Assembly (NCBI GenBank): GCA_015232365.1
Contig: JADFZU010000003.1
Location: 24,708 to 88,707 of the forward strand
Length of the DNA: 64,000 bases
DNA from: Magnetococcales bacterium
GTDB taxonomy: Bacteria > Pseudomonadota > Magnetococcia > Magnetococcales > JADFYX01
Direction: 5' to 3'
Position numbers and translations under genes: made by a program. This document shows, one piece after another, positions 35,159 to 47,499 of the stretch; the first letter of the stretch is position 1, and each line of letters opens with the position of its first letter. The notes beneath the pieces are model-generated. The model saw nothing but the letters and a program-made list of their open reading frames with translations, did not search any database and had not been told where the DNA came from.

Positions 35159-36289
35159 ATGAGTAGTGATCTAGACCACTTTGAGGTATTCCCCTGGAGC
35201 TCAAACTTTGAGACTGGGCATAAGGCTATTGATGATCAGCATAAAATCCTGGCAAATCTTTTAAACGTTCTGGCCAGTACCTTGGTTGGTGTTGATACAT
35301 CAGAGACAAACCTTGCTTTTGATAAGCTAGCTGAATATGCAAATGAACATTTTACCGAAGAAGAGTCTATCTGGTTTGAGTACTTTGGTGAAGACCCATG
35401 GTTTGTATCCCATCAGATGAGCCACGCTTCGTTCCTGCCGAAAGTGATGGAACTTAAAAAACTCGAGGGCAAAACCACCTTAACAGATGTGGTGGAGCAG
35501 ACTGTAAAGTTCCTGATTCGCTGGTTGGCTTTTCATATTATTGATAACGACAAACGTATGGCAATTACTGTCGATGCTATACAGAAAGGCTCTTCAATCA
35601 ATGAGGCTAAAACCATAGCTGACCGTCAGATGAGTGGCTCTATGCGAACTCTCATTGAGACAGTATTACAGATGTACGATGGGATGTCGTCACGAACTCT
35701 TGATTTAATGCGTGAAAGAAACGCCAGAATAAAAGCCGAACAAGAGTTAAAATCTGCAAACACTAAACTACAAGAGCTAGCAGTCACAGACCAGCTAACC
35801 GGCCTGTACAATCGCCGCTATTTAGATAGTGCATTTGAGAGAGAGGTAAGAAGGGCGTTGCGAGAAAACACAGCAATAACCTACCTGCTAATCGATATAG
35901 ACTATTTTAAAAGTTTCAATGACAACTATGGACATGTTGAGGGAGATAACGCTCTAAAGCAGGTTGGTGCTATGCTTAATGAGGTATGTCGTCGCCCTGG
36001 TGACTTGGCTTTCCGTGTTGGCGGTGAGGAGTTTGGAGTCCTGGTATCCAGCAATTCCGATGAAGATGTGGGCCTCTTTGGAGAGAAAATAAGAGCCTCT
36101 ATTGAAGGACTTAAAATTCCCCACATGTATAGTGAAATCAACAAATATGTTACCGTATCTGTAGGAGCTGTCTTTAAACGTCCATCCATTGAAGATTCAC
36201 TGGCTGAGTTTGCGACAATTGCCGACAAAAGACTATATATCGCAAAAAGCCAAGGCAGAAACTGTGTAGTATCTACTGAACAGACTTAA
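35159..36289 (+). CDS. Bacteriohemerythrin-domain diguanylate cyclase (hemerythrin-GGDEF)
   Basis: Hemerythrin signature FEVFPWSSNFETGHKAIDDQHKIL...EHFTEEE...H. The GGDEF domain has GGEEF and an RPGD I-site. Confidence 0.85.
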   Translation: MSSDLDHFEVFPWSSNFETGHKAIDDQHKILANLLNVLASTLVGVDTSETNLAFDKLAEYANEHFTEEESIWFEYFGEDPWFVSHQMSHASFLPKVMELKKLEGKTTLTDVVEQTVKFLIRWLAFHIIDNDKRMAITVDAIQKGSSINEAKTIADRQMSGSMRTLIETVLQMYDGMSSRTLDLMRERNARIKAEQELKSANTKLQELAVTDQLTGLYNRRYLDSAFEREVRRALRENTAITYLLIDIDYFKSFNDNYGHVEGDNALKQVGAMLNEVCRRPGDLAFRVGGEEFGVLVSSNSDEDVGLFGEKIRASIEGLKIPHMYSEINKYVTVSVGAVFKRPSIEDSLAEFATIADKRLYIAKSQGRNCVVSTEQT

Positions 36290-36320
36290 CATGATATATT
36301 GGTATTCCAAGGAAAAATGA

Positions 36321-36617
36321 ATGGTTTATGGAAATGATGAATTTAACGTCTGCCCGGTAGGTAAGGAGGCAGATGAGTTCCATGAAAGAATATTGGCAGG
36401 ACTTATGGACTCATTTTTAGAGCTTGAAGAGAGTTATAATGATATTTTAAACACCGCTCCAGGGCAACGAGACCAGGGTCAAGCTGAGTTTCTTGAGCTG
36501 TATAAGAAAGCTCAGACTGGCTTGGATAAGATTAAAAAAACTGAGATGTCATATGACCAAAAATACTTTTTAGCTCAAGAGATTAGAGAGTACATGACCG
36601 ATATGGAGCTTCTCTAG
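36321..36617 (+). CDS. Small acidic hypothetical protein
   Basis: 98-aa ORF with AAGGAAA upstream. No motif recognised. Confidence 0.4.
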   Translation: MVYGNDEFNVCPVGKEADEFHERILAGLMDSFLELEESYNDILNTAPGQRDQGQAEFLELYKKAQTGLDKIKKTEMSYDQKYFLAQEIREYMTDMELL

Positions 36618-36655
36618 TGTTATGCTAAAGACAACTTTTACTAAGGCCATCTTTT

Positions 36656-37273
36656 ATGGGTAAGCACCACCACCCCCAACATATTTTCAACCCAGCCAAA
36701 GCTGAAAAATTATTAGATCCAAAATGGCGTCTTATAGAAGATCCACTAAAGCTTGTGCAGCAAATGGGGGTAAAGGCTGGTCTTAAGGTGGTTGATTTAG
36801 GTTGTGGTGCCGGTTTTTTCACCAAGGCTCTCTTAGAGGCGGTAACACTCCATGGAGAGGTGGCTGCAGTTGACCTGCAAAAACCTGTTTTGGAGTTTTT
36901 CCACAAACATATAGGAGAGAGGCCAAACCTTACCACCATCCAGGCCGACCTCTGTAAAACCGGCCTGAAGAGCGGACAATGGGATAGTGTATTTATCGCC
37001 TTTACCATGCACGAGGTAAAGGTTGCTGATGCCTTACAAGAGATAAAGAGAATTTTAAAACCTGGAGGCAAGCTTTTAGTGCTGGAGTGGGGAGTAAGTG
37101 ATACTTGCCCTGAAAATGATAGCGGGAAACGTGCAGGACCACCAGATGATCACCGTCTTCTTCACCCTACCCTGCTTAACCATCTGCAGGAGGCTGGGTT
37201 TAAAGCCATCAATCGAGATGAGCTACTTGGTGGATGTCAATACTACATTGTTGCCCAATCTGATAGAGAGTAA
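36656..37273 (+). CDS. Class I SAM-dependent methyltransferase
   Basis: Motif I VVDLGCGAGFF, and post-I/II motifs (AVDLQ, ILKPGGKLLVLEW). Confidence 0.75.
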   Translation: MGKHHHPQHIFNPAKAEKLLDPKWRLIEDPLKLVQQMGVKAGLKVVDLGCGAGFFTKALLEAVTLHGEVAAVDLQKPVLEFFHKHIGERPNLTTIQADLCKTGLKSGQWDSVFIAFTMHEVKVADALQEIKRILKPGGKLLVLEWGVSDTCPENDSGKRAGPPDDHRLLHPTLLNHLQEAGFKAINRDELLGGCQYYIVAQSDRE

Positions 37274-37276
37274 AAA

Positions 37277-38029
37277 GTGCAACGACAGACAATCACCCAA
37301 GCTGGGGCGATTATTATTGGTGATGAGATCCTCTCCAGTTATCGCCAAGATGCCCACATGCCCTACCTGCTGAAAACATTCCCCAACCTGGGTATTTCAC
37401 TCAAACGGGTGGCCTATGTTGGCGACTCTCCCAAAGAGCTTCACAACACCCTTAAATGCAGCAGATCTTCAGAAATTCCGGTTTTCTGTTTTGGCGGAAT
37501 TGGAGCAACAGAAGATGACCGCACCAGACAGATTGCCGCCCAAGTATTCAACAGGCCCATTACCAGGCACCCAGAAGCTGAGAAGATGATCCGCAACCGC
37601 TTTGGAGAGGAGTCAGAACCCTACCGGATTAGGATGGCTGACCTGCCAAAAGGGTGCGATCTAATTCCCAATCCGGCAAGTCAAATCCCCGGTTTTTATC
37701 ATGACAACCACTACTTTATGCCCGGCTTTCCCAATATGGCCCAAACAATGATAAGCTGGATACTAACAAATATTCTAAAACCACCAGGCCACAAAACCGT
37801 CACGGTAACCTCTCATTTTGTCAACTGTAAAGAGAGTCAGTTGGTTCCGATTATGGAGAGCCTTACCAGGAAGTTTCCTATGTGCAGTTTTTTTAGCCTG
37901 CCATCTACTGACTGTAGCGGCCTTATTGAGTTGGGGTTTAGAAGCAGCCAGCCAATACCAGCAGCATTAACTTTTATGGAAAAACTGTTAAAGATAGAAA
38001 ATATTCCATGGAGCAAGCCAGATAATTAG
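37277..38029 (+). CDS. Molybdopterin-binding (MoCF_biosynth/CinA N-terminal-like) domain protein
   Basis: GAIIIGDEILSS and GGIGATEDDRT (compare GGLGPTxDDxT). GTG start 3 nt after the upstream stop. Confidence 0.6.
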   Translation: MQRQTITQAGAIIIGDEILSSYRQDAHMPYLLKTFPNLGISLKRVAYVGDSPKELHNTLKCSRSSEIPVFCFGGIGATEDDRTRQIAAQVFNRPITRHPEAEKMIRNRFGEESEPYRIRMADLPKGCDLIPNPASQIPGFYHDNHYFMPGFPNMAQTMISWILTNILKPPGHKTVTVTSHFVNCKESQLVPIMESLTRKFPMCSFFSLPSTDCSGLIELGFRSSQPIPAALTFMEKLLKIENIPWSKPDN

Positions 38030-38084
38030 AGCATTATAAAGATCAATTTTTTTAGAGCAAAGATAAACAAGCCTGGAGAGAAAT

Positions 38085-38762
38085 GTGATTAGATTATTCA
38101 TCGGCTATGATAAACGCGTACCTGTGGCCTACAATGTCTTGGCACACAGCGTACAGCGGCAAGCTTCGCAACCTGTCTCCATTACTCCACTGATGCTCAG
38201 CCAGCTAAAAGGTTTAATGACAAGAGAGCCACATCCACTACAATCCACTGATTTTGCCTTCTCCAGATTTTTGGTTCCCTACCTATGCAATTTTCAGGGT
38301 TGGGCAGTTTTTATGGATAATGATATGTTGCTCCTTGATGATATTGCCAAGCTTTGGTCACTACGTGACGAACGCTATGCAGTACAGGTTGTTAAGCACC
38401 AGCATGAACCGAGAGAAGAGACCAAATTTCTCAACCAGACCCAGACAAAATACCAAAAAAAGAATTGGTCCAGCGTAATGCTGATGAACTGCAACCGCTG
38501 TAAAGCTTTAACAAAAGAGTATGTCAACAGTGCCAGCGGCCTGGAGTTACACCAATTCAAGTGGCTTGAAAGCGATGAGCTTATAGGCAGCATTGACCAA
38601 CGCTGGAATTTTTTAGCTGGTGTATATCCAGCAATACCAATCTCCCAGATATCAAATATCCACTACACCATCGGCGGCCCTTTTTATGAAGAGTATAAAA
38701 ACTGTGACCTTGCCAGCCAATGGTTTGTTGAGCGGGATATAATGCTGCACACAGAAAACTAA
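38085..38762 (+). CDS. Putative nucleotide-sugar glycosyltransferase (GT8-like fold)
   Basis: FSRFLVPYLCNFQGWAVFMDNDMLLLDDIAKLW resembles the GT8 DxD region. GTG start. Confidence 0.4.
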   Translation: MIRLFIGYDKRVPVAYNVLAHSVQRQASQPVSITPLMLSQLKGLMTREPHPLQSTDFAFSRFLVPYLCNFQGWAVFMDNDMLLLDDIAKLWSLRDERYAVQVVKHQHEPREETKFLNQTQTKYQKKNWSSVMLMNCNRCKALTKEYVNSASGLELHQFKWLESDELIGSIDQRWNFLAGVYPAIPISQISNIHYTIGGPFYEEYKNCDLASQWFVERDIMLHTEN

Positions 38763-39280
38763 ACAGCACAACAACATCTTCAAAATACTACTAGCCAATT
38801 CATAGGAAAGCCGTAGCATATCAGTTAGTTTATAAACAAAAAAAATGGTAGTTGCATATGTTAAATATTGTGATATCCTGCAAAAAAAAGCAGATTATCA
38901 GTTAACATCCATAGTACAAATAGCAACATATGAAAGCTTCAACACAAAACGATGCTGTGCAAATTGTAAAATCAATACTGTACGCCTCGATCAAGTATCT
39001 GTATATACTATGGTTTATTGTTTATATGATAGTTTTTTAATCTGTTGGTCAATATCAATTGGAAAACAGTACGCACACCCTACCCCACAAACAAAAAAAC
39101 TCTTTATTTCCATATAAATTTTAGTTTGGACAAAACATGCAGGAAAATGCTATAGTGAAGATAGCTTTTTATTGTTAATTCATGAATTTATCTCTATCTA
39201 AAAATAACAACCCAGGTAGATTTGCATTCAGCAAAACACAACTGTCAAACACAGGGTGTAATAAATCAACGGATAGCTAA

Positions 39281-40258
39281 ATGACAAAAAGATCGTTTCT
39301 GCTCCGACAACTATCAATATTGCTCATCACTATAGCAGTTTGCACTTTTCAACCTTCAAAAGCCGATAGTGCTAACTGTTTATGGGTCTCATCATACCAT
39401 CAAGGTTATGAGTGGAATGATGGCATTGGCAGAGGGTTGGATGCTACTCTGGCATCCCGGTGCAAAATTGAAAAATTCTACATGGATACCAAACGCAATA
39501 CCAGCCAAGATTTTGGCCGTAAGATGGGGGCAGAAGCCTTTGCTCTGGTCCAACGCAACAAACCAGATCTAATTATCGCCTCTGACGACAACGCCTCCAG
39601 ATATTTTGTAAAGCCATATCTGAAAAACAGCAAAATACCAGTAGTATTTTGCGGAATAAACTGGGGCATAGAAGAGTACGGATACCCGTATGATAACGCC
39701 ACAGGAATGGTAGAGATTGCTCCAGTAACAGCTATTTTAGAAGAGATAAAACGGACTATAAATAGCCCATCCAGAGGTTTATACCTATCTGTTGATGTAC
39801 CTACAGAACATATCGACTATTTTTGGTATAAAAAAACCTTTGCTCGGAATAGAGTTACTGTTGATAGCCACTTTGTGAAAACCCTGGCAGAGTGGAAGGC
39901 AGGATACCTTACAGGGCAGCGATATGATTTTATTATCATTGGCAACAATGGTGGCATCAAAAATTGGAACAAAAAGCAGGCTGAAGATTTTGCCTATAAA
40001 AATGCCAAAAAACTCACCGTAACCAACTATGACTGGATGATGCCCTACACAATGTTGGCTGAAACTAAAATCCCTGATGAGCAGGGAGAGTGGGCTGGAA
40101 TGGTAGCCTTGGAAATTTTAGATGGCATGCACCCGTCTGATATTCCCATAGTACCCAATCGACGCTGGAGCTTTTTTGTTAATCACAAACTTCTTGAAAA
40201 GGCAGGTATTCAATTAAAGCAAGATTTTCTAATTAATGCCATAAGGATACAACAATGA
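39281..40258 (+). CDS. Periplasmic ABC-type substrate-binding-like protein (ABC_sub_bind-like), probable sensor partner
   Basis: Signal peptide ([22 protein letters not shown]), then an SBP-like fold pattern ([13 protein letters not shown]..., [21 protein letters not shown]). Its stop overlaps the start of the CHASE kinase (ATGA). Confidence 0.45.
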   Translation: MTKRSFLLRQLSILLITIAVCTFQPSKADSANCLWVSSYHQGYEWNDGIGRGLDATLASRCKIEKFYMDTKRNTSQDFGRKMGAEAFALVQRNKPDLIIASDDNASRYFVKPYLKNSKIPVVFCGINWGIEEYGYPYDNATGMVEIAPVTAILEEIKRTINSPSRGLYLSVDVPTEHIDYFWYKKTFARNRVTVDSHFVKTLAEWKAGYLTGQRYDFIIIGNNGGIKNWNKKQAEDFAYKNAKKLTVTNYDWMMPYTMLAETKIPDEQGEWAGMVALEILDGMHPSDIPIVPNRRWSFFVNHKLLEKAGIQLKQDFLINAIRIQQ

Positions 40259-43200
40259 GTCAACTCTTCACTTTGACTCCTAAACAAGCAACAAGATTTG
40301 TCACTTTTGTAGGCATCTGTTTTACAGCTCTACTGCTCTACACTTCCTGGATATACACCATTGAACAGGACCGTAAGTCTCTTGGCAAAGAGTCAGAATC
40401 TTTATCGCAGAACTTTACCCATTCATTAGTAACTGGTGTGCAGAGCATACATGATATTTCACTAATATTCCGAGTCTCTGAAAGTGTAACTGCTGATGAG
40501 TTTCAAATACTTTCTGAATCAATGCTCTCAAGAAACAAATTTCTAAAAGCGGTGCTCTATATGCCGTTAGTTAACGCAGAAAATAGAGAAATATTTAAGC
40601 AAAAAATGCGTGATATGGGCTACATCAGTTTTCAAAACATAGAGACTGCAAGCCCAATTCTAGACGAACACCTGGTGAGAGACCAGCACCTGCCGGTACA
40701 GTTTATTGAGCCATTCACAGTTAAAAACAGCACATTATTGGGCTGGGACCCTCTCTCCCATCCAACAATCTCTATCGCTATACAACAATCCATAAAAAGC
40801 GGCAGCCCCATAATGCTCTCTGTAAACGAAGAGACAACGAAGTTTAAAGGAGATATTTTTATACAGGCAATTTATGCTGGGCGTAATTCCCCTAAAACTA
40901 CTGAGGAGCGAAGACAACGGTTAAGAGGGGCTATTGCACTTCTGTTAGATCCCAACAATCTAGCAACTGTAAAAATTCCCTCAAACATGGAAATGTCACT
41001 AATAGTCCGGGACAATAATACCCCTGATAGACAACAAATACTTTTTGAAAAAAAAGATTTAACTGACAAACCAAACAAACCAGTTTTTACCACAATTTTT
41101 GAAAATCACGATCTTTTTGCCACATCCCAGCAAACTTTTACCTTAAATATTAAAAAAAGAATTCATACAGAAGAGCTATCTTTATTACCTATGGGCATAG
41201 CTTTTTCAGCCGGTCTGATTTTAAGCATCTTGGGGGCCGCTCTTATTCGGGGGACGGTAAACAAAAACCTCATATTGTCCAACCGGAACATAGAGATTGA
41301 AAAAGAGGTACAACGGCAAACCTCCATGTTGAAGCTGGTCCTTGACACTATTCCAGTTCAGGTGTTTTGGAAGGATATCCAAGGTCAATTTCTTGGCTGC
41401 AACAAACTATTTGCAGCTAGTGCTGGCTATAAAAATGCTCACGAAATCATTGGTAAAACAGACTTTGACATGCCCTGGAAAGAGTATGCAAGAAATTTTA
41501 AACAGAATGACATGATAGTCCTTTCGTCAGGGTCGGCCATATTAAATTATGAAGTGCAAAAGAGCACGTCTGATGGCAAGCAAATCTGGCTGGAGACCAG
41601 CAAGATACCTCTGCCTGGATTTGAAGGAGAAATTATTGGTATTTTAGGGGTCCATGCAGATATAACAGAGCGCAAAAATGCAGAGCAGCAGGCCAAGAAT
41701 CTGGTTTGTGAACTCAACTTCCAAAAATCCTCTCTGGATGAACATGCAATCGTCTCCACTTCTGATGTTAGAGGAAACATCACCTACGTCAATGATAAGT
41801 TTGTCAAAATTAGTGGCTATACAAGGGAAGAGTTGATTGGAAATAATCATAGAATGGTTAAATCCAATGAACACTCTAAAGAGTTCTACAAAAATATGTG
41901 GCAGACCATCACCAGTGGCAAACCCTGGCATGGAGAGGTGAAAAACCTGTCTAAAAACGGTGACTCCTATTGGGTAAGGGCAACCATTGTTCCCTTTTTA
42001 AACGACCGGGGAAAACCGTTTAAATATGTTTCAATACGGACAGACGTAACCCCTATGAAAAATCTTGAGACCAGCCTGCAAATCGCCAAAGAGGAGGCAG
42101 AAGCGGCTGGCAGAGCCAAAAGCGATTTCCTGGCTAATATGAGCCATGAAATCCGTACACCAATGAATGCAATAATTGGCTTGAGTCATCTCTGTCTGCA
42201 GACAACTCTTACCACTCGCCAGAAAGATTACATCAGCAAGGTTAATAGCTCTGCAACCTCACTACTACGCATTATCAACGATATCCTGGATTTTTCAAAG
42301 ATTGATGCTGGTAAACTGGATATGGAGTCGATTGATTTTACCCTGGAGGAGGTTCTTGGTAACGCCTCTGCAATGATCTCCATTAAAGCTCAAGAGAAAA
42401 ATTTGGAATTTCTCATGGAGACCGATAAAGAGATTCCTCCATGTCTGGTTGGCGACCCACTGCGTTTAGGACAGATTCTTATCAATCTTGCCAATAACGC
42501 CGTCAAGTTCACAGATCATGGTGAAGTTATCATAATTACCAAGCTTATAGAAAAGGACGAAGAGTCTATCCGGTTGCAGTTTACCATACAAGATACCGGA
42601 ATAGGCATGACTCCTGAGCAACAAGCTGGACTTTTCCAAGCCTTCTCCCAGGCCGACTCATCGATTACCCGCAAATATGGCGGAACCGGACTGGGGCTGA
42701 CAATTTCACAGCGGCTTATTGAGATGATGGGTGGAAAAATAATTGCTGAGAGCGAGGCAGGAGTCGGTTCCAAATTTATTTTTGATGCCAGATTTGGGGT
42801 ATCAAGCCGGATAATTAAAAAAGTAATGGTCCCTACACAAGATTTGCGAGGCATGAAAGTCTTGACAGTAGATGATAATGAAAGTGCACGAAATATAACC
42901 TCAGAATATCTAGCCTCCTTTACCTTCAATGTGACAACTGCCAAGAGCGGTGTTGAAGCCATTGCCACTGTTAAAGAGGCAGACATTGCTGGAGAGCCTT
43001 TTAATTTAATAATCATGGACTACATGATGCCGGAGTTAGACGGTATTTCCACCTCGGCTAAAATCCGTAACGTTCTGGATTTAAACCAGAAGCCAGTGAT
43101 CATAATGGCGACAGCTTATGGTGAAGAAGACGTAGTCAACCGAGCAAAAAATGAGGCGGAAGTTGATGGATTCTTGGTCAAACCAATAAGCCAAAACCTG

Positions 43201-44370
43201 CTCTTTGAGTCCATAATGGAGGCGTTTGGCAAAACTGGAAACAAGAGCACGCAAGAGACAGCAAGCTTTAATAATGGTGAAAATTTCAAGACTGCTCTAT
43301 CTGGGGCAAAAATTCTTCTTGCAGAGGATAATGAAATCAACCAACAGGTTGCAATTGAGCTGTTAGAGCAGGCCAACATAACCGTCACTCTTGCTGTGAA
43401 CGGCAAAGAGACAATAGACTTTATCGAAAAAGAGAGTTTTGATGGAGTGTTGATGGATGTACAGATGCCGGTAATGGATGGAATTACAGCTACACGATTA
43501 ATTCGTAAAAACCAACGATTTGCCAACCTGCCAATTCTGGCCATGACCGCCAACGCCATGTCCGGCGACCGTGACCTCTGCCTTGATGCTGGTATGCAGG
43601 ACCATATAGCCAAACCTATCGACCCTGACAACCTTTTCTCTACCCTTGTTAAATGGATAAAACCGGCAGAAAAAGAAGCTCCTCCAGACTTCAAAGTCAA
43701 CGAGGATCTTCAAGAAGAGGAGATGCAGCCGATCTCTATCCCGGAAATTCCCGGTATAAACACCAAATCCGGCCTGAAACGCATGGCTGGCAATATCAAT
43801 GGATATTTAAGTCTGCTGATTAAATTCAAAACAAACCAGGGTGGGGCCGAAGAGAGTATTCGCCACGCCTTAGCCACAAACGACATGCCAACTGCCGAAC
43901 GCATTGCCCACACTCTAAAAGGTGTAGCAGCGACCATTGGTGCCGACTCTCTACAGTTAAAAGCCAAACGTTTGGAGGCGGCATTCAAAACACATACAAG
44001 CCAAGAGCAGATAGAGAGTTTGTTATCAGAGACAACCACAGAGCTATCGAAAATCTGTGCTGCTATAACCAGTGCCATACCTGAAGAGAAAAAGGCAGCC
44101 AGCCCCAAGTTGCTTATTGAGGATTCTGAGCAGCTCAACAGTGAAACTGTGGCCCTTATTAAAACAATATACAACCAACTGGAAATTTTTGATGCCGATG
44201 TAAAAAGCAGCTTGGAAAATCTAAAAAACACCCCACTATCTCAGATGCTGTTTGACTGTATTTATGAGATGGAAAACAGTATTGAACAATATGAGTTTGA
44301 AGATGCCCAAAAACGTTTAAAAGAGTATGCAGCCAAACACAATATTGCTCTGGAGTATACTGATGGGTGA
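40255..44370 (+). CDS. Hybrid sensor kinase: TM - CHASE - TM - PAS - PAS - HisKA - HATPase - REC - REC - Hpt
   Basis: CHASE-like periplasmic region ([26 protein letters not shown]). Two PAS domains. H-box [11 protein letters not shown]2 [24 protein letters not shown] and [11 protein letters not shown]. Hpt [12 protein letters not shown]. Confidence 0.9.
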   Translation: MSQLFTLTPKQATRFVTFVGICFTALLLYTSWIYTIEQDRKSLGKESESLSQNFTHSLVTGVQSIHDISLIFRVSESVTADEFQILSESMLSRNKFLKAVLYMPLVNAENREIFKQKMRDMGYISFQNIETASPILDEHLVRDQHLPVQFIEPFTVKNSTLLGWDPLSHPTISIAIQQSIKSGSPIMLSVNEETTKFKGDIFIQAIYAGRNSPKTTEERRQRLRGAIALLLDPNNLATVKIPSNMEMSLIVRDNNTPDRQQILFEKKDLTDKPNKPVFTTIFENHDLFATSQQTFTLNIKKRIHTEELSLLPMGIAFSAGLILSILGAALIRGTVNKNLILSNRNIEIEKEVQRQTSMLKLVLDTIPVQVFWKDIQGQFLGCNKLFAASAGYKNAHEIIGKTDFDMPWKEYARNFKQNDMIVLSSGSAILNYEVQKSTSDGKQIWLETSKIPLPGFEGEIIGILGVHADITERKNAEQQAKNLVCELNFQKSSLDEHAIVSTSDVRGNITYVNDKFVKISGYTREELIGNNHRMVKSNEHSKEFYKNMWQTITSGKPWHGEVKNLSKNGDSYWVRATIVPFLNDRGKPFKYVSIRTDVTPMKNLETSLQIAKEEAEAAGRAKSDFLANMSHEIRTPMNAIIGLSHLCLQTTLTTRQKDYISKVNSSATSLLRIINDILDFSKIDAGKLDMESIDFTLEEVLGNASAMISIKAQEKNLEFLMETDKEIPPCLVGDPLRLGQILINLANNAVKFTDHGEVIIITKLIEKDEESIRLQFTIQDTGIGMTPEQQAGLFQAFSQADSSITRKYGGTGLGLTISQRLIEMMGGKIIAESEAGVGSKFIFDARFGVSSRIIKKVMVPTQDLRGMKVLTVDDNESARNITSEYLASFTFNVTTAKSGVEAIATVKEADIAGEPFNLIIMDYMMPELDGISTSAKIRNVLDLNQKPVIIMATAYGEEDVVNRAKNEAEVDGFLVKPISQNLLFESIMEAFGKTGNKSTQETASFNNGENFKTALSGAKILLAEDNEINQQVAIELLEQANITVTLAVNGKETIDFIEKESFDGVLMDVQMPVMDGITATRLIRKNQRFANLPILAMTANAMSGDRDLCLDAGMQDHIAKPIDPDNLFSTLVKWIKPAEKEAPPDFKVNEDLQEEEMQPISIPEIPGINTKSGLKRMAGNINGYLSLLIKFKTNQGGAEESIRHALATNDMPTAERIAHTLKGVAATIGADSLQLKAKRLEAAFKTHTSQEQIESLLSETTTELSKICAAITSAIPEEKKAASPKLLIEDSEQLNSETVALIKTIYNQLEIFDADVKSSLENLKNTPLSQMLFDCIYEMENSIEQYEFEDAQKRLKEYAAKHNIALEYTDG

Positions 44371-46237
44371 GCAACTTAAAAAAACCTCTATATTGATTGT
44401 TGATGATACACTGAAAAATCTTGATGATTTGCAAAATATATTACAAGACATATATACAGTTTCTATAGCTAGAAATGGCCAGGTTGCTCTACAACTGTCT
44501 ACTAATGATCCACAGCCAGATCTTATCCTGCTAAATATTTTACTGCCGGATATGGACGGCTACAAACTCTGTCGTCAACTTAAAAACAGCCAACCAACAG
44601 AAGATATTCCAGTGATTTTCATCATCCCCAATGGTGATAACCATGCAGAGCTGGAGGGGCTGAAGGTTGGTGGAAATGAGTTTATATATGAACCATTAAA
44701 TCCTAATACAGTAAAGATGCGAATAGAGACCCAGTTGACACTTCGCAAGTTAATCAGTGATACAGAGAATAAAAACCACCAAAAAAAGAGTGTAGACCGC
44801 CTGCAAATTGCTTTGCAAAATGGCAAGCTTGGGTTTTGGGATGTCAACCTTATAAGCGGAGAACAGGTTCTAAACAATGCAGGAATAGATGTTTTCGGTC
44901 ACTCTTCAACGCAAGAGTTTATGTGCCGTGAAGATTGGATTGCCACACTTCATCCAGATGACAAAGAGCGGGTTTTAGAGGCAGGTGCAAGCTACCGCTC
45001 TGGAGCAAGCAATGAATACGATTTAGAATACCGGATCATCACCCCTGGCGGTGAAGTGCGCTGGGTTAATTCTAAAGGTACAGCTACAGAGTGGGACCAG
45101 CATGGCAACGCCACCAGAATGTTGGGAACAGTAGCCGATATTAGTCAACGCAAAAACTTAGAGGCATCATTGATCAATGCCAAAGATGTGGCAGAAAAAG
45201 CCAGCCAGGCTAAAGACAACTTTCTAGCTAATATCAGCCATGAAATTCGTACACCTCTAAATGCTGTGATCGGTTTGACTCACATTTGCCTGCAAACAGA
45301 TATGAGAAATGAACAGAGAGAATATCTTGATAAAGTTTATCTCTGCGCTAACTCGCTTCTATCCCTGATCGACAACATCTTGGATTTTTCAAAAATTGAA
45401 GCGGGAAAATTATCTATGGAGAGTTCTCACTTTTCTTTAGATAAACTACTCAACGAATTGGTAGCAACTTCCAACATTAAATGCCAGGATAAAGGTCTGA
45501 AACTTCTGCTGGAGATAGACCAGAATGTTCCCAAACAACTAGAAGGTGACTCACACCGTTTGGAACAGGTGCTAAACAATTTGGTTGGCAACGCCATAAA
45601 ATTTACCGAAAAAGGCAATGTAACTATTTATACTGAACTGCTGGAAGAGAGCAATAGCAGCACACTTCTTAAATTTACCATCCAAGATTCCGGTATTGGC
45701 ATGAACTCTCAAGAGGTTGCTGAACTATTCCATGATTTTTTCCAGGCTGATCCATCAACCACCAGAAAATATGGCGGGATAGGGTTGGGGCTGACTATAA
45801 GCAAAAGTCTTGTGGAGTTGATGGGTGGGGAGATAAAAGTAGAGAGTAAACCAGGTGAAGGGAGCCGGTTCTCCTTTTCAGCCAGGTTCAATAAAGCACA
45901 TGGTTATATAGCCGATATATTGACAAGTTCAGATGATAGTGCCAACCTTGGGACTTCGCAGGCAGATGCAGCAATCAGAGCAGAACCAATGCAGCAATAT
46001 ACCGATGCAGAACCTGATCTACTGGCCCCGTTATTTCAACAGGCTGTAGATCTTCTTCTAGAGTATGACTCTTCTGTTGAAAGAGTTGTCAAAAAAATCA
46101 TCCCGTTAGTGCAAAACGAAAACCGAAGGACCAGGCTTTCCGCTATACAAAAGGCACTTGGAGAGTATGATTTTGAAAAAAGTTTAATAATTTTTCAAGA
46201 ATGGGCTAAAGCTGAAGACATAGATCTAGAGGTGTAG
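44363..46237 (+). CDS. REC - PAS - HisKA - HATPase histidine kinase with C-terminal helical tail
   Basis: [29 protein letters not shown] ([12 protein letters not shown]...), H-box [11 protein letters not shown]2 [10 protein letters not shown]. The ATG at 44363 overlaps the upstream gene by 8 nt. The track start at 44327 lies inside the upstream gene. Confidence 0.85.
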   Translation: MGEQLKKTSILIVDDTLKNLDDLQNILQDIYTVSIARNGQVALQLSTNDPQPDLILLNILLPDMDGYKLCRQLKNSQPTEDIPVIFIIPNGDNHAELEGLKVGGNEFIYEPLNPNTVKMRIETQLTLRKLISDTENKNHQKKSVDRLQIALQNGKLGFWDVNLISGEQVLNNAGIDVFGHSSTQEFMCREDWIATLHPDDKERVLEAGASYRSGASNEYDLEYRIITPGGEVRWVNSKGTATEWDQHGNATRMLGTVADISQRKNLEASLINAKDVAEKASQAKDNFLANISHEIRTPLNAVIGLTHICLQTDMRNEQREYLDKVYLCANSLLSLIDNILDFSKIEAGKLSMESSHFSLDKLLNELVATSNIKCQDKGLKLLLEIDQNVPKQLEGDSHRLEQVLNNLVGNAIKFTEKGNVTIYTELLEESNSSTLLKFTIQDSGIGMNSQEVAELFHDFFQADPSTTRKYGGIGLGLTISKSLVELMGGEIKVESKPGEGSRFSFSARFNKAHGYIADILTSSDDSANLGTSQADAAIRAEPMQQYTDAEPDLLAPLFQQAVDLLLEYDSSVERVVKKIIPLVQNENRRTRLSAIQKALGEYDFEKSLIIFQEWAKAEDIDLEV

Positions 46238-46338
46238 CAAATATTGTCAACATTAGGCCAGAACACCGTAAACATCATTAAACAGCATCAAGATAGCCAC
46301 AAATAGCAGATACACTGCTAACTGTATGGATAAGCAAT

Positions 46339-47475
46339 ATGTCAAATAGCAATACTGACAAACAGACTATTTTGGTGGTTGATGATACAGCAGAGAATCT
46401 TGATGTATTAAAAGGTGCTCTACTTCCCGATTTTAAAGTCAGGCTAGCTCCGAATGGTAAGGTCGCATTAAAAGCGGCTAACGTAAAACCCCATCCTGAC
46501 TTGGTACTGTTAGACATCATGATGCCGATAATGGATGGCTTTGAAGTGTGCAGAAGGTTAAAAGCTTCTGAAGCTACTAAAGATATTCCTGTTATTTTTG
46601 TTACGGCAAAAACTGGAGAAGATGATGAGCTTGAAGGGCTTAAACTAGGAGCTGTGGACTATATTACCAAACCAATCAGCATCCCTATTGTCAGAGCCAG
46701 GGTCAATGCCCACCTTGAGCTACGAAAGTCTAAACAGCAGCTTGATAGACACAACAAACGTCTGCTTTATGAGCGGGAGTTGATCGAAAAAATTATCCTT
46801 AAAATGCGGGATGCAGATGTTTTTGATAACCGTAATTTACGTTATCTTATCTCTCCAGTAGAAGAGACTGCTGGAGATATGCTCATTTCAACGTTTACCC
46901 CTGATGGCCGGCAGTTGGTTCTGCTTGGAGATTTTACCGGTCATGGACTTCCTGCAGCTATAGGTGGTCCACTGGTTACATATATTCTCTATGAGCTAGC
47001 GATGCGTGGGGAGTCTGGGGAGTCAATTTTAAGCGTTATTAACAGCCAGCTTTATGCCAGGCTACCAACCGGTATTTTTTTTGCAGCTTTTTTTCTCGAA
47101 ATCTCCCCGGAACGAGACATAGCTACCATATGGAATGCAGCAATACCTGATGGGGTTGTTCTCAGAAAAGGTGATATTGTTAAACAGTTACCATCCAACT
47201 TACTGCCTCTAGGGGTAACTAGCTCCATTGATACTGCCAAAGCCGCCAACAAAATCCCTTTAGAAACAGGAGATCGCATATTTATTTTTTCAGATGGAAT
47301 TGTCGAAGCAAGGGGTAACAACCGTGAGATGTTTGGGTATAAGAGAATAGAGGATTACATCAAACAATTGGCACTGGCAGATGAAAACTTTAAAGAGCTG
47401 CTATCTTTACTAAACAACCACGTTGGCTCCTCTATTCACGATGATGACATCACTCTTGCAGAGATACGGTTTTAA
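46339..47475 (+). CDS. Response regulator REC-PP2C (SpoIIE/RsbU-type) serine phosphatase
   Basis: ILVVDDTAENLD, LLDIMMPIMDG, ITKP, then GDFTGHGLPAAIGG ... FSDGIVEA ... DDDITLAEI. Clear paralogue of the phosphatase part of 19598-21091. Confidence 0.85.
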   Translation: MSNSNTDKQTILVVDDTAENLDVLKGALLPDFKVRLAPNGKVALKAANVKPHPDLVLLDIMMPIMDGFEVCRRLKASEATKDIPVIFVTAKTGEDDELEGLKLGAVDYITKPISIPIVRARVNAHLELRKSKQQLDRHNKRLLYERELIEKIILKMRDADVFDNRNLRYLISPVEETAGDMLISTFTPDGRQLVLLGDFTGHGLPAAIGGPLVTYILYELAMRGESGESILSVINSQLYARLPTGIFFAAFFLEISPERDIATIWNAAIPDGVVLRKGDIVKQLPSNLLPLGVTSSIDTAKAANKIPLETGDRIFIFSDGIVEARGNNREMFGYKRIEDYIKQLALADENFKELLSLLNNHVGSSIHDDDITLAEIRF

Positions 47476-47499
47476 ACTGATCATGCTTGGAGAGGAGTA

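Noticed and set aside
38845-39117. 90-aa ORF in the 518-bp gap before the SBP-like gene
   Set aside because: AT-rich, Cys/Tyr/Ile-rich sequence with no SD and no motif. It is more likely a promoter/leader region.
42516-44231. Three long minus-strand ORFs (166, 194 and 173 aa) inside the CHASE kinase gene. The antisense ORFs at 36625-37071 and 60464-61090 are similar cases.
   Set aside because: They lie antisense to genes with unambiguous domain motifs. They are Ser/Arg/Leu-rich shadow ORFs without start signals.
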